From Tricharina praecox (Eukaryota), in NCBI RefSeq assembly GCF_024521635.1, contig NW_026250403.1:2480001-2544000 (forward strand): DNA of 64,000 bases, given 5' to 3'. The position numbers and the translations under genes are program-made. How positions within the stretch are numbered: position 1 is the stretch's first letter; each line of letters starts with the position of its first letter. Shown here one piece after another: positions 22,066-35,913 of the stretch. The notes below the pieces were generated by a model that worked only from the letters and a program-made list of their open reading frames with translations, searched no databases and was not told the DNA's origin.

Positions 22066-24558
22066 CTATGCCTTGGAATCTCCCTTGGCATCCTCGCAGA
22101 TGATGGTCTTCATCAAACCCGCCAACTTCGGCCACCCCTCCTCCATTCTCCCCAGCGCATCCAGCAGGATTTCCACCTGGTTCCGCACGGTTCCGTTCCC
22201 GTTCCCGCCTTCACCTCCCTGGGACACGAATCGGTAACACAGTATGCGTGCTGCCATGAACAACGTAGGTGCCAAAAGCGGGTTCCCAAGGACCCTATCG
22301 TCATCGGGATCCAGCGTGCTCGACACATTACGGATCAGCGTGAGAATGTTTTCCACCGCGTTGACGCTGCGCTGCTCGCCGTCTTGTTCGTCCCGTCCGT
22401 GTAGGAATATGGTACACGCGTGAGTGGTGCAGCCCAGTAGTAAGACGGTGGGCATCTCCTTGGGAGATACACCGATCATGGAGCGGTATGGTTTCGGTAT
22501 GTTCAAAAGGAAGCGCGTCAAGGCGAGATCAAGGGCCATGGACTCGGTCGAGGAGCGCTGCGGGCGCGGATGGTGGAGGATGCGGCCGAGGAGGACAGCG
22601 AGCTTGCAGAGATGCTGGTAAGCATCGCGCTGTGGACTCTGACTGTTACCCATCATCGTTGAGGGAACGAGCCCGTCCAAGCTGTTGGGAAAGGGATCGA
22701 TGACCATGTGTTCGACACTCTACAATACGAGTCAGCATCGGAGGGGCGGGCCAAAAGCTGTGATCGGAATATAAATACCTCCAGTGATCCACTCTGAAAG
22801 ACGTCTTCCGATACTGGAAAGTTCACGTTGAACTGCGAATCATCGATACACACGGGCCAGGGCACGGAGGTGGTCGAGAGGCGGTCCAAAATGAAAATCG
22901 CCCACACAGTCCTCCTGCGCTCTTCGATCTCCAGTTCGTTACGCGGGTCCGGAAGGAATCCTCGGAATGCCGAGTTGGAGTCGATCCTGTCGAGACCGAG
23001 CGGCGAACACATGCGCCATACCGAGCCGAGGAATATCCACATCTGCGACATCTGCGACAGCCCGAACATCCGCAGACACAGGTAGATCCCGCCCTGTACT
23101 GCATGCATCGTGAACTGGCCCTCACTAACTGCGCGATCAAAACACGCCTTGCCGAGCGTAGCCCAGTAAGAAGAAGCCGCTTTCACTCCGGCGTCAGGGT
23201 GAAGGTAGCCCGAGAGGGCGAGAATCGCAAAAGTCAGCGTGTTCGGCCGGGTTAGGGGTCCTTTAGACGCGATATCCTCCATGACGCGCTTCTTGTACAG
23301 AAACGGGAGAATCGTATGCCATTTCTCAAAGAAAAGGTTGAATAGTACTTTCATCAACTCCGGCGAAGGGAGCCCATCATCTGACAGCTCTGGCATCTCA
23401 TCCGTGACCGCGTCGTCGCCAGCCAGCAAATGAGAGGTATCGATCTGCGCGAGGCCAACGAACGGCGACGCCTGCAGGAACTGCGTCGCAAACTGCGTCG
23501 CATCGCATTCCACGTGCGTTGTATGGCTCGGGGGATTAATCGCGCGCGCGCTGACATCGGGCGACGAGTCGAGGGATGAGAAGGAGCGTTTGCGCGGGTT
23601 GAAAGTCGTACTCCCGTTAGTGAGGTTCGGCGAGAGTCGCGACGACGCGAAAGTTGGCGATACGCGTGCGCCCGTAGCATCCGCGTTGACAGGTGTGAAG
23701 CCACCTCCTCCGCCGGTACCGGAAGTCGAGCTGGGCGTCGGGCGATGGACCGTGGGGACCGTGAGGCTAGGCGTCATGGAAGTCCCGCGCATCGCAATCG
23801 GCGGATCATGCGCGGCGGGCGTCTTGGAGCCTCGGGTGGTCGAAAGCGACGATTGCTCAGCTGGGGCGCGATCAGCGGGTTGGTCCGACGATCAATAGTG
23901 GGGGAGGGGGGGCATTCAACTCACCTCGATAATGGGCACTCGAATGAATTTTAGTGACCGCATTATTCGTATAAACACAAGGCCGATCGAGTCGCTCGCA
24001 AGCTCCACAGCTTGGCTTACATCCCTATGTCGTGAGAGTTGGAATTAGCGACGATTCGGAGGTAGTGATAACGTGATGTTTTATTTTTATTTTGAGTTTT
24101 TTTTTTTAATCGCGGACGCGTTGCGACAGCGGGGGAGGGGGACGTACGTCGCACTTGCGCTTTCGTTGGCGACAACCCAGACACGCCTGGTTCCTTTCCA
24201 GCACCTTCTTTGTCGGCGGTGTATCCCGAGTGTTATTCTGGTGCGCGAGTGACGGCGGGGCAGGTGTGGTGCTCATCGCGACGGCATTGGTCGAGGCCGA
24301 GGGAGCTGCGTTAGTTGCGGGAGGGGAGGTGGGAACGGACATCGAGCGGGAACCAACAGCGGGGGGCGACAGCGCTCGGTGGGCCGAGTGAGTCGGAGAT
24401 GTGGGCGAGTTGGAGGGCGACAGCATCTCGTGAGCGAGCACCAGCGACGGACTCGAAGGCGCGGCGGCAGTCAGAGGAGTAGACGCCGGCGACGGTGACC
24501 GGATCGAGGGAGGGCGGGCGGACGGAGGAGGAGGAGGAGGCGGAGGGGTGGCGGCCAT
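22066..24558 (-). CDS. Zn(II)2Cys6 transcription factor with fungal-specific TF domain (about 748 aa, 4 exons)
   Basis: Exons 24558-24148, 24024-23925, 23860-22779 and 22719-22066 (2247 nt). The zinc cluster ACLGCRQRKRKCD|GCKPSCGACERLDRPCVY is split by intron 1; middle-homology motifs LFFEKWHTILPFL, LGLDRID, EERRRTVWAIFILDR. Confidence 0.94.
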
Positions 24559-27500
24559 GGTAACGACGGAGTAGGTTGAAGGGGAGCGGCGAGAAGCGAA
24601 GGTTGGGGCGGCAGCGCAACGATGACGACTTCCTTCTGGGGGCTAGCAGGCGACGCAAAAGTGGCCCGCTTCCTCTCCTCCTTTTCCAAGTCTCCGCGCA
24701 GAGCGCTTTCGCCTCCGGCCTTTCTCTCTCTCAGCAGAGACTCTTCCGTCCGACTCCTGCCTCCTACTTTTTATTTTCGTATTTTTATTTTTATTTTTTA
24801 TTTTTTATTTCTTTCTGATATCCTTCTCGAAGCCGCAAAGATGTTCTGCGCCGACAGCTTCTTGTGGGCGATGTTGTAGTTGGATGGATAATCACTTGCG
24901 CGCTGCACCTGTGGTCGAAATCGGAATATATTATTGTCGAGTGAGAAACAGGCTACGCTGCACTGCCCGCCTGACGATAAATAGATAGTAGATGGATGGG
25001 CAAGATGCGATAATGGAATGCGCGACACTGCGGAGGTGGGTGGGGGGAGATGGGCGGGGTGGCCGATGGGCGGGGTGGCCGATGGGCGACGGGTGGTGGT
25101 GATGGAGGGTGTAAACACGGAGCAGCGCGATCACCAACGAGAGGGGGAAAAGAGGAGGAGGAGAGGGGTGAGATGGTGGAGCGAGTAGAAGGCCAGGGCG
25201 AGGGCGAGGACGATTCAAGGCGAAATGACGCGCGCAAAAGAGCCTGATAGCGGAGAAGCGGAGCTGGGGAGGGGGCGCGAAGTGATAGGCTGTAGGCGAG
25301 GCGCGCGTATTGACAGGGCGGGAAACATACACGAGGTCTAGAAGCAGAGGGGACGATGCGATGGAAGGGAAGGGAAGAGATGCTCGACAAAGGATCGGGA
25401 TCGAGTATGAGTTCGAGGTCGAGTGCGAGTCGAGTCCAAGTTCGAGTAGATGCAGAGATGCAGAAGCGGAGAGAAATAGAAGGAAAGGGAAAGGAAGGGA
25501 AACGAGCGAGCGGAGAGGGAGAGAGGGGGGGGGGTCGCAAGTGGGAGGAAGACACACCAGGAAAGGGAAGGAAGGAAGGGAAGGAGGAGGAGGAGGGCGC
25601 AAGCAAACGAATGGAGCTTCCGTCGGGGAACGCATTCTTGCTCCGTCCAGTGGCCGACCGAACTGCTGCTTGCTGCGGAGGGGGTGGGCAGGCGACAGTA
25701 GTAGAGCGCCAGCCAGCTTCCTTCCTTCCGACTCTTCCCACTCTCCTCCACTCCACTTTCCTGGCCTGCGCTGGGGGGACTTGACTACTCCTCGTCGGCT
25801 ACTTACAACCCCTCCCCCTCCCTCCTCGCTCTTCTCTCCTCGCTCCCTCCTCCTCCTCTAGCCGCACTACAGCTTACTTACTGTCGCCTTCCCAAACACG
25901 AAGGGTCACCCACTCACTCCCACAGCGCCCATTCCCTCAGCACCCACCGAGGTGGCGGCCCTCCGCACGCGTGCGCGCCCTCTTCTTCTTCTTCTTCCTT
26001 TCTTGCCGGTGGTGTCTTCGATCGAAATAAATAACAGCTGCCCACCCCCCTCTCGTTCTGGTCGTATTGCTCTTGTCCCCATGATATGATGGCAGTCTGC
26101 CAGTCTGCCATGGCCCATCACTCCTCTCCCCCCCTCGCCCGTCGCGCAGCCGACGTGACCTCCCTTAAGCCTGTTTCTGATTTTCCGCGCCCGCCGCATC
26201 CCCCCTCCCCTCCCATCCCCTCCCCATCCCCTCTCCCCCCACCCCACCCACCCCCTCGCCCCTAACAGAACCCACGCAGAAACGTGCCTAAGTAGGTACC
26301 AGTACTCTGCCTACATATCTCATTTCCCGGCGAGACGGTGCGGGCAGTCCACAAGCAACCAACTCGCATTTCGTGCGACGGGCTTTACTGCTGCACGGCT
26401 ACTCCCGCAGGCAGGCTGGCCTATGTAGGTAAGTCATAGGGTAGCAGGCATGTATGATATGTATGTGTGTATGTAGGGGGAGAAGAGACGGGTTTCATTC
26501 TCCCCCGCCATCATCATGCGCCCATCCTCGACCCCCCCTCCCCCCCTCTCAGCACCACCACCACCACCACCACCACCACTACCACACACCCACAGAGAGA
26601 GATAAAGATAAAGCGTGTGTGCGTGAGCGAGCCATGTTCCCCACCCCCTCCCCCCAAATCTTGCAAGTACATACCCAAGATGACGGGCCTGTCCGCTCCC
26701 GACGACTACGGTATGTATGTATGATAGTCACCCGCCGACCTTGCCGCGGTATGTAACCAAGTTTCGCGCCGTGCGGCGACGACCTGGCCTGGATAGGGCA
26801 CGAGTGGGGGAAAGCAGAAGAAGGGGGGGAGGGTGGAGGGAGGGGAGTGGGGAAGGAAGAAGAAGAAGAAGAAGGGGAGGCCCGTAAGATTCGGCAATTC
26901 TTGCCTGGATGGATAGGCGCGTATACTAGAGTACTCTACTCTACCTACCTACTGCGACTGCGGTGCCTAACCTTGTGGGGGTGAAGTGGGTGGGGTGGGG
27001 TGGATGGGGATGCGGCTTGTCGGATCGGCTTCGAACGAAGAGGGCGAGGGCGGGCGGCTAGGTTAATGGGAAGGAAGCTGGTGTTTGGTCTCCTCTTTGC
27101 TCGCCCTTCTTCTCTTCTCTTCTCTTCTGCGTGGCACGGCGCGGTGGAGAGAGGATAGAGTGGGAAACGTAAAACCGAGGGGGGGCGGGAGGGGGGGGGA
27201 CGCATACCGTACCGTATTCTTTCGGCCGGCCTTGCGCTACGCCCGCTGCTTCCTGTTCCTGTTCCTGCTTCCTGCTTCCTGTTCCTCGCACTCGCACTCG
27301 CACCGTATCGCGGCGACCCGACGGAAGGATGCATCCAGCATCCATCCAGCATCCATCCAGCATCCATCTAGTCCGATGATGCATCGCGCGCGCGCGGCGG
27401 GGGGGCGGGGGGAGGGGGGAGGGGGGAGGGGTGGCTAACTGAGTGGGTGGGTGGAAGGGTGGACAACTCATCCACCGTCACTCGCGTCTCGCGTCTCGAG

Positions 27501-29852
27501 TCTCGGTCATTCCGATTCCGCCTTGATGAAACAGTTCTTTTTAGTTAAAGTGGAAGTTGGTGGTCGCCATAGTCTACCGTACTCTAGTAAGGCCGCATGC
27601 CGCATGCGACAATAACTAAATTGATGTTCTCTCTCACAGTTCTTTTTAGTCGATTTCAATCCGTACCTAAATACATCATACCGGTACTTGTAGGTGGGCG
27701 GTGAGTGAGCGGCGCGGCGACGGCATGACTATCGCAAATGAGGAATGAATACCTAGAATCCTAGATCGCTCTCGCCGAAAATATACTCCATGCAAATAGG
27801 TATTTCATGCATGTGCATGTCGATTCGAGCGGCGCGGTGCGGTGCGGTGCGGGCGACACGCGGTCGACATGCGGGCGGGTGGGGCGGATGGGGTGAGTGG
27901 GGTGGAGTGAGTGGGGGGGAGGGGAGAGGGTGGGGTGAGGATAAGTTACTATACTCTAGTGACCGGCGGAGCGGGTGTTGCCCGCCGCCCCCGCCGCCGC
28001 CGCGCCCACTCATTTCCACCGAAGCGAAGCGAGATAATCGATAGGGGTGGATTGAGCGGAGTCGGCCACGCGTATCATGTCTATCCATCCATCCACGGTT
28101 CCACGGTTCCACGCCGCATGCTGGGCCCTGGCGCATTACTTGTTTATCCAACTAGAGTATGTATGGCCAACCACTGAGCTGAGCCCAGCCCGCGAGTGAT
28201 TGGTAATTTGTCGAGGAATGGGGATGGGGAAACTTACGGTTACTAGATATACTGTGGCGCATGGCGTGCATAGATAAGTCTGCATAAGTGAGATGTACTT
28301 ATGCTGAGTAGCGATAAGTAGTGAGGGAGTGAGGGAGTGAGTGATGACCCTAACCCTCTGCTCCAAACGGGTATGATACCTTTTTCGCTATACCGTATTC
28401 CTTCCAGCTTTTGCTCTGAAGCAAAGCAAAGAGGTTTTGTGAGTGGGATTCGTTTTTTCTCTGATCAGGGGGCGGGTGGCGGGGCGAATATATAGATAGT
28501 AACGCCGCCTTGAGTAAGAGACTGTAAGACCATCGCCGCGGCGTGGGCAGCACACATTATAGTAAAGTGAATGGATGGATGAATGATGGCTGGTGAACAC
28601 TACCTTTTATACCGAATGTACAATGTACATACGATGGCATATCTCGCGATATGTGTCCCTGGTACAGTAGATACGGTACGTATCGGCCGAAACCTCTCTT
28701 CCTCGAGTACCCAGCAGTTACCCAGTACTATTAGGTAGAGTAGTTAGCCAGTGATCCGTTCTACCTGTATTCTAGAGTTCGGGGACGATGGCGGCGATGC
28801 CGGGACTCGGGACTCGGTCAGCCTCCTCTCCGGTGGCCGGTCTTCTTCACAACTGGTCACCCTGCTTGTACAAGAAGCTCGCGCACTTCTTGGTAACCAA
28901 GTAGGCGGGAAAGAAAAAACTGCTTAGGCACTACTCCCGCAGCCCGCAGCCCGCTTAAACTACGTAAGTTCTCGTAGGTTAGCTATGTACCTATAGCAAT
29001 TAGTTATGCATAGTGCAATCGCGTGGAGTGCGTATATACCTCATACTTCAACTGCGCTCAACAAAAATACGATGTTGTATCATGTATCTATGATATTTTG
29101 CACAGCGACGAACTTGAACCTGAGCTCGACGGGAGATGCTCTGTCGAGCTGAGAACATTCAATAGTCGAGCTCATCGGGCTCATCGGGCTCATCGGACAC
29201 TGTGCTTGTATGCGGCCATGATGGTGGGCGGGCGCGCAGCTCCACCATCAGATGTGAATATCGATTCCCTAGTAGTAGAGGTCAGCTGTAATTCACCAGA
29301 TTCAGAGATTGTATGGTATGTAGGAGAAGGAGAAGGAGAGGGAGAAGGAGTGGCTATACTAAGTTACCAGTAACCTTCTTTCCGATCCCTCACGATCCCT
29401 CACGTAGACATAGGAAGTATGAAGAGTGAAAGGGGGCGGCAGATTAGACCTATGTATGTGTGATAGGAGTATATGATAGGAGCATATACATAGTAGTGTA
29501 GTAGTGTAGGCGGCTTCGCTAGATCTGCCGCCTAGTTATCTAGTATGCATGTATGTATTCGCTGGATAGCTGGATAGTATCAACAACAGATAACCAAACA
29601 GCTGAAACTGTCCTCCACGATCGAAATCGAATGCCCAGTGGCATCGGGGAACAGCAAACGGCGGAGTGAACAGTGATGGCTGAGTCCTAACCGTGGCATA
29701 TCCCCTCCCTCTCGGTTCCCCAACAAGTGGACGGCTCGCACCCCGCGGTTGGCCCCCGAAGCCTAGAATATCTCACGAGCTCGGCGGCGGTGAGGGGGCG
29801 GTGGGGGGAAAAGATGTATCCAGCTGTTCTAATTTGACGACGCCGTTGGTAC

Positions 29853-30094
29853 GGCGGTAGTTAGGTGGAGATAGTATGTACAGTAGGAGCCTAGGAAAGC
29901 AATGTATCGACTGCCTTCAGGAGCTCCTGAGAGCTCGCTTGTGTTTTTTGTTTTGATTTGCCGGCGCTATTGAGGCGGTGATAGGTAGGTTGTGGAGGTA
30001 TGTACGGTACGAGTCTAGGAAAGTGATATATCGACTCCCCTCAGGCTTCAGGAGCTCCTGGGCGCTCACTTGAGTTTTTTTGTTTTTTATTTGC
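29853..30094. repeat. Imperfect tandem duplication of about 124 bp containing a palindrome and T-tracts
   Basis: gtatgtac.gta.gag.ctaggaaag...tatcgact...ttcaggagctcctg...T-tract...atttgc occurs from 29874 and again from 29998. Confidence 0.85.
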
Positions 30095-31982
30095 GCAAAT
30101 TTTTTGCTGGTGGCCGCTCACCGCTGATGGTGGCCGCTATTTCTTTCTCTCGGTGAGTATCATAGAAGTAGTTAGAAGGGGCATTGAGGACGGGACACCT
30201 GCCTGGGTAGCCTGTTTCCGCAAAAGATGCTCAGTCAGTCATTCCGAAGTTCGCTGTTTGCTGTTTGCTGTTTCAACGTTTCAACTTTCGACCTATGAAT
30301 CATCATGATAGATACCATGGAGCGGTGAAGCGGGGGGAGCGGGGGGAGCGGTGAGCTCAAGGCCGTCATTGGTTCGATGACTGGCTTGCTTGCTAAGCTA
30401 GTACATACTATGTATGCCCCAGAGCTCAAGAGCTCATAGGTAGGGTAGGGTCGGTTCGACTTGCGACTCCTCTTGAGCCCCGAGTCCCGAGTCCGGAGTC
30501 GATGTCGATCCCACTACGAAAGTCTTCAGTCTTCACCGCCGCGCCGGTGGTACCGTTGTAGGTAAATGACGGATGTGAAAAGTGAGTGACGACGAGCGAG
30601 CGAGCGAGCGAGCGAGCGCACGCGTTTGCAAGCTAGTTACATCATTATTTTACCGGAAAGAACTGGAGCAATCCCCAACCTATGATCTACATGAAGGAAT
30701 GAAGCTGAAGTGCTTTCCTCCACCTCCTCCACCTCCGCCGGAAACGGATGCACTACTAGTAGCTATCCCCACTGCGGCTGAAACTGTGTGGGGATGCCGT
30801 TCGGAGCATGTATGTATCATGTATGGATGGTGGAGTGGGTATATGTACGTTATCTGACAGTGGAGTGGCTAGGTAGGGAATATTGTGGAGCAGTAGTTAT
30901 ATCCACTCGTTGGGTGGAATCTGGACCCCCAAACGAAAAATCGCCGGAACATCGATCTACTGTATGTAGAGTCATCCACGCATAAGTACAGTTGAGCGCA
31001 GCTCTCTCTTTCTTTCTCTCCCCCACCGTGCAGTGCATGCCCACCTCGAAACAAAAAAAGAAAGAAAAAGAAAAGAAAAAACCCCAGCTGCGGAATTAAT
31101 TGGTCGTGAACGAATTGGATTGGATTGGATTGGATTGAATTCAATTGAATCGAAAAGCAAAACCAGAGTGCAGAAAGCAGAAAGGTAGACTGCGTTGCGG
31201 TGTGGCTAAGTAGGGCTGTATGCACAACATCCCGCATCTTCAGGAAAGCAAGAAATGGCGGTGGTGGTGGTGGTGGTGGTGGTGGTACATATGTAGTGGT
31301 GGAGGTGGTGGTCTCAATAGACCGCTGGGACTAAATGCTGACACAGCTGTGAGATTGCCCATGTCGCTCGCGCGAGCACTGCCTTCAATAAGGGAGGGAG
31401 ACACACGAGAGAGAGAGAGAGAGTCCCACTCTCCCCGCCCTAATGCGTCATAACCCATGAGCGAGAGAGGAGAAAGAGAATAACAAGAAACGGTTTGCAG
31501 CGGCAGACCGGCGGCGGTGTGTGGGAAAACTCAATTGGAAAGACGAATGAACCCCCGAACCGCCAGAACCCTGTCATCATCGGGTATCACTCGGTCAGGA
31601 GGCCGAAATGCTCACCGGAGAGGGAGAGAGAGAGAGAGAGAGAATGCGCCTTCCAAGTACCTACCGGTATCCATCCGATCGATTATTTTTGCCCATGTGC
31701 CCATGCAATATGGAAGAGGTGCAAATCTCAGTAACTGAGTAAGTTCGGAGGTGGAGGACTCGATGGGAAAGAGATAGGTTCTACCTATGGTAGCGTGTCG
31801 TTCTGGGCCCGATCACCTGGCGGGCGAACCAACTACCTAGAGGAATCTAGAATTCGGGTTGATTGGGCGGTCTGCCTCGAGTAACTAGAGTATGCATGAT
31901 AGGTATCTCCATCGAGAATCAGCACATGTGTACCTGGTGGTTAATTGCAAGTGCTCCACACGGTACCGGTACACTACGACTC

Positions 31983-32089
31983 TAGTAGAGTCGAGAATAG
32001 TCAGTTGCTCTAGTAGAGTAGAGTAGAGAATACTCTATTAGTAGTGTAGAGTAGAGAATACTCTATTAGTAGTGTAGAGTAGAGTAGAG
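31983..32089. repeat. 28-bp tandem repeat (tagtagWgtagagtagagaatactctat): 2 full, 1 partial and 1 degenerate copy
   Basis: Units at 32011, 32039 and 32067, with a degenerate unit at 31983; full units carry a small tagag-aata-ctcta hairpin. Confidence 0.8.
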
Positions 32090-34102
32090 CATCGCATCAC
32101 AGCTGTGATTATGCGCCGAGCCATCTGGGTATCGGGTACCGGACGTTGGAGGCATTGCGATTGAGTCCCGCCTCGTCTATTCTTACTCATGCCCTCTTGG
32201 TAATCTGTCGCCCACTGATGCGATGCGCAGACGAGAGCTGATGCATCTGAATTGTGGCTGAACGGCGACGTCGAACCGAAGGACGAGCCAGCCCAGCCCA
32301 TCACAATACAGCACAACGCAGCGCAGCACAGCACAGTAGTTACAGCACAGCGCAGCACACAGCGGCACATTCGGCATTGGAGCGACCGGAGGCGGAAGCG
32401 CTGAGAGACAGGGGCTGGGCTGGGCTGGCTGTGGCTGGTTGGCTGGTTGGCTGGCTGGCTGGCTGGGTGGGTGGGGTGGGTCCTGCGATTGAGGTGGTGC
32501 AGCGTGCTCGACCGCCGGCCCAGCCCTAATGTGTCATGTCGCGAACGCCCACGACGAAACCATCGTGCCGGCTGAAGTGCCTGCCTGCCGGCAAGGACGC
32601 TGCAGTCGCTTGTGCCTGCAGCTGCATGACGGACCAACCATACGCGCAGACATGCGGATGCGGCTCCCTCCTGGTCTACAGCATGCCACCCCCACACTGC
32701 ACTGCACGCGGCATACCGACTTTCGTCGACGGGTTGTATGTATGTGGGTGGTGGTGCTGGTGGTGGTGGTGGGCAGCTTGCTTGTACCTATCATATGAAG
32801 TCACTTCGCCTGCCTTGGCACTCTGGAGAAGTCGCGATCGTTGGTGTTTCTACAGATATTCGAGCGAGCAAGTGCAGAGTGGTATTAGAGTTAAAACAAC
32901 TCTCCGATCGTGATTCGTGACTTGCGGGTTGTACTTCGCGAGACACAACTCTTTTTTAGATCGGGGGTCTGGACTCAGGCAACCGGAGCGCATACTAACG
33001 ATACTCTACAATAGCTCTACGTCAGGCTGACCTTTCGCATCCGCAAAGGCGTCCGAGCAACTGTCTAACTACCGGCTGCGAGGCTCCAATTGATGAGCCG
33101 AGTACTTATGAGAGAGTGAGAGAGAGAGAGAAAGAGAAAGAGAGCCCTAGTTAGCCGCACGCAGCCCACATCAGAACAAGCGTCGGCGATAGGGCAGTGC
33201 AGTCATGCAGTGCATGAGTAGTATAGAGTACCGTACTTACCTAGCTACCGATGTAGTAGATGAACTGACCGCCGGGTGCTGGGAGGAAACTCTGTCCGCA
33301 TGTCCCCACAATCGGAAATAGAGGGGAAAGGAGAGCGCGGAAAGCCAGACGTTACCCAGCGGACCATCTGCCGCAAAAACAAGTCAACACTTGCTTGCTT
33401 GCGAGGAGGGGTCGACGTTGGGGCGGCTCGGTTTAGGGTAAGGCATCGTCAACGATGAAAAACGACGGGACACTTCGGTTAGTCGTTTGGTCTGATGGGT
33501 GACGAGAGTTTTGCTGCATTGCGCACGACACACGAGCATGTGGACTCACGCGAGAAGGCAACGCGACTCATATCAGATTCACGCAATTGGACGCTTTTCG
33601 ATTGGATTTCTTGGTTTTTGGCGATATGTTTTCTCTCACCGGTGGAACCGGACCACGCTTCTCGTGACGGTGACGGTGATAATGTCGGTGACGGTGTCGG
33701 TGTCGGTACGGACTGGTCATGCTGCCGGGGGACGGACATTCCACGGCCGCAGCCAACCGACGATCCGGTGTCTGCGGCTTCAATGACCTCATGAAACACG
33801 ATCGTTCGTAGGGATAATCACAGATGTTACCAGGCAGGCGGGTCGTCGGTTGACACCGGTGTGAAACACAGTATTGCTCTGCTTCACCGAGTTCGAGGGG
33901 GAGGGGGGTGGAAGGGGTGGGAGGGGGTGGGGAGATGCCCGGCTCCATCTGTCGCAGGCATTATTCTCCGAACCGTGCTTTGCGGGGGGTGGGAAGGAAT
34001 GTACACAACCGAACGCAGTAACAGTCAAGCATCGACTACTGTTGAGTCAGGACCGGAGCGGCGATGTGGATGTACTCTACATCATGTATGTAGGAGGGAT
34101 CT

Positions 34103-34155
34103 AGCATGAGCATGAGCATGAGCATGAGCATGAGCATGAGCATGAGCATGAGCAT
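34103..34155. repeat. (AGCATG)8 microsatellite
   Basis: Perfect hexamer run read directly from the sequence. Confidence 0.95.
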
Positions 34156-35913
34156 ACATACCGCAGTTAGCATGTATGGAACGGATCTTAGCGGTAGATC
34201 AACGGCCGTGCCCGGGGCTTCCCTTCCTTCACAACTGTAAGCCCTATGGACGGTGCATGTTCCCTAAGACCCAAGTGGGTAGGTACCTAGTCTTCGTTTC
34301 TTAGCCTGCATCCAGGGACAGCCCGCCATTCAGCTACGAAATGGCCCATAATTTAACCGAATTAGGTGATGCCCGTCTTTGCGCTGCAAACGTCTGCCTT
34401 CTCAGGCGTTCTCGACGGTCCCCTGTGGCTTGCACCTAAATCACCCAAATATGGCGATTAGCTGACATCGGCTCCGACTGTGAATCGACGCAACTCTACG
34501 ACTGGTTCCTCTGGCTGTCAGATTGGGAGACCACCCCACCAGTGGCTGTGAAATAGCCTTGTGACAGCAGCAACAGCATTCGCCCACCGCGAAAGAGAGG
34601 AAAGAAAGAAAGTGAAGGAAAAAAAGAGGTCGAGATGGAGCCCCGGCGAGAAAGAGAAAAAAACGTGTGTCGGCAGAGTTGGGGAATCGAGTGTCTTTCC
34701 TTGACGGAAAGATAGAGATGGCCCGAGACGCATCAATGCAGGACGCACTGGGTTATGCAGGTACCGTTCTCGATCCGAGTGTCGTCGGCCTACGACACTC
34801 CCCGCCCCACACCCCCTCCCCGCGCGCGCGCCCGGAACATCCACAGCTCCGCATGGCGGGTGCAGCCGCCGATTCCTGTCGGTATAAGCAAGGCTCATGC
34901 TCGTGCTGCTTCGCGGCGGGCAACTGGACGGATCCTTAGGAAGTCGATGCACGTTCCCTGAGGATGAAGTGAGCCGCCGTGCATGAGGCTTAGAGGTGGA
35001 GTACATCCCATAATACATACATACATCATACATACATCCAGTCTGCAACAGCGACCACGCGATTGCAGTGTTTACTACCCCTCGAGAAACGTCCGTCCCA
35101 GGTACCAGATGCAATGCCCTGACTAGTCCGAACCGTCGGGTCATGGCGTGCCTGTGTTCTGACTGGTAAGCGTGTCCGAGCAGGTAGTAGCGGTGCAACT
35201 CTCACCTGGCCCCACGCAGCGACAGGGCATGCCCAAAGGGTGGGTACGGTCCAGCTGAACTGTAGTCAATTTTGGAAAGCCACAACTTCGCGGTAAGTCG
35301 GGGCGTTCGTCTCGCTACTAGCGTGTGTGTATGTGAGCGAGAGAGACCGAGAGACAGAGGATAACATCGATTGCGGACGGGCAAGAGCATCAGAGCATCC
35401 AACGTAACACACCGAGGGCAACTAGCCTCTACCGCTTCGACATCCAGATCCATGACTGGGCCCAATGCCCTCCCCGACGGATGACTGGCTGTGCGGCCTC
35501 CGTGCGCGCATCAAAGGCCATCCTGTTTTAGTGCCCGCTTATAGTTCACCGTTCACCGATCACCGATCACCGTCCTCCGCATTGCGAGTTGGTATATATT
35601 CCCGCCGCTCTCCCGCTCTACAGGGCTCCTCCATATCAGCATCATCAGCATCATCACCTTGGGAACCCAGCACAGTTCGACATCTGCACCTTCAATCCAT
35701 CATTGCATATAAGCACTTCTGTTCCTTTACCTACCTCCCTCCCTCCCTCCCTCCAAACACATATATACACATCCTCCCCTCCCTCCTCCTCAACCTTCAT
35801 CCCCACAACACTCACAACAACGATCCACACCCTCAACTAATCCTCAACTCGCCCTCAGCTCAACCTCGACTCACCCTCGACTCACCCAAACTCACCCTCA
35901 ACAACCAACAATC

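Noticed and set aside
24931-27471. Many 100-270-aa Pro/Ser/Gly/Arg ORFs
   Set aside because: Open in several frames on both strands because of purine/pyrimidine skew; no domain motifs.
30424-30478. gctcaagag...ctcttgagc stem enclosing ggttcgac (tRNA T-loop/B-box-like)
   Set aside because: Too short for a cloverleaf; no D-arm or anticodon arm.
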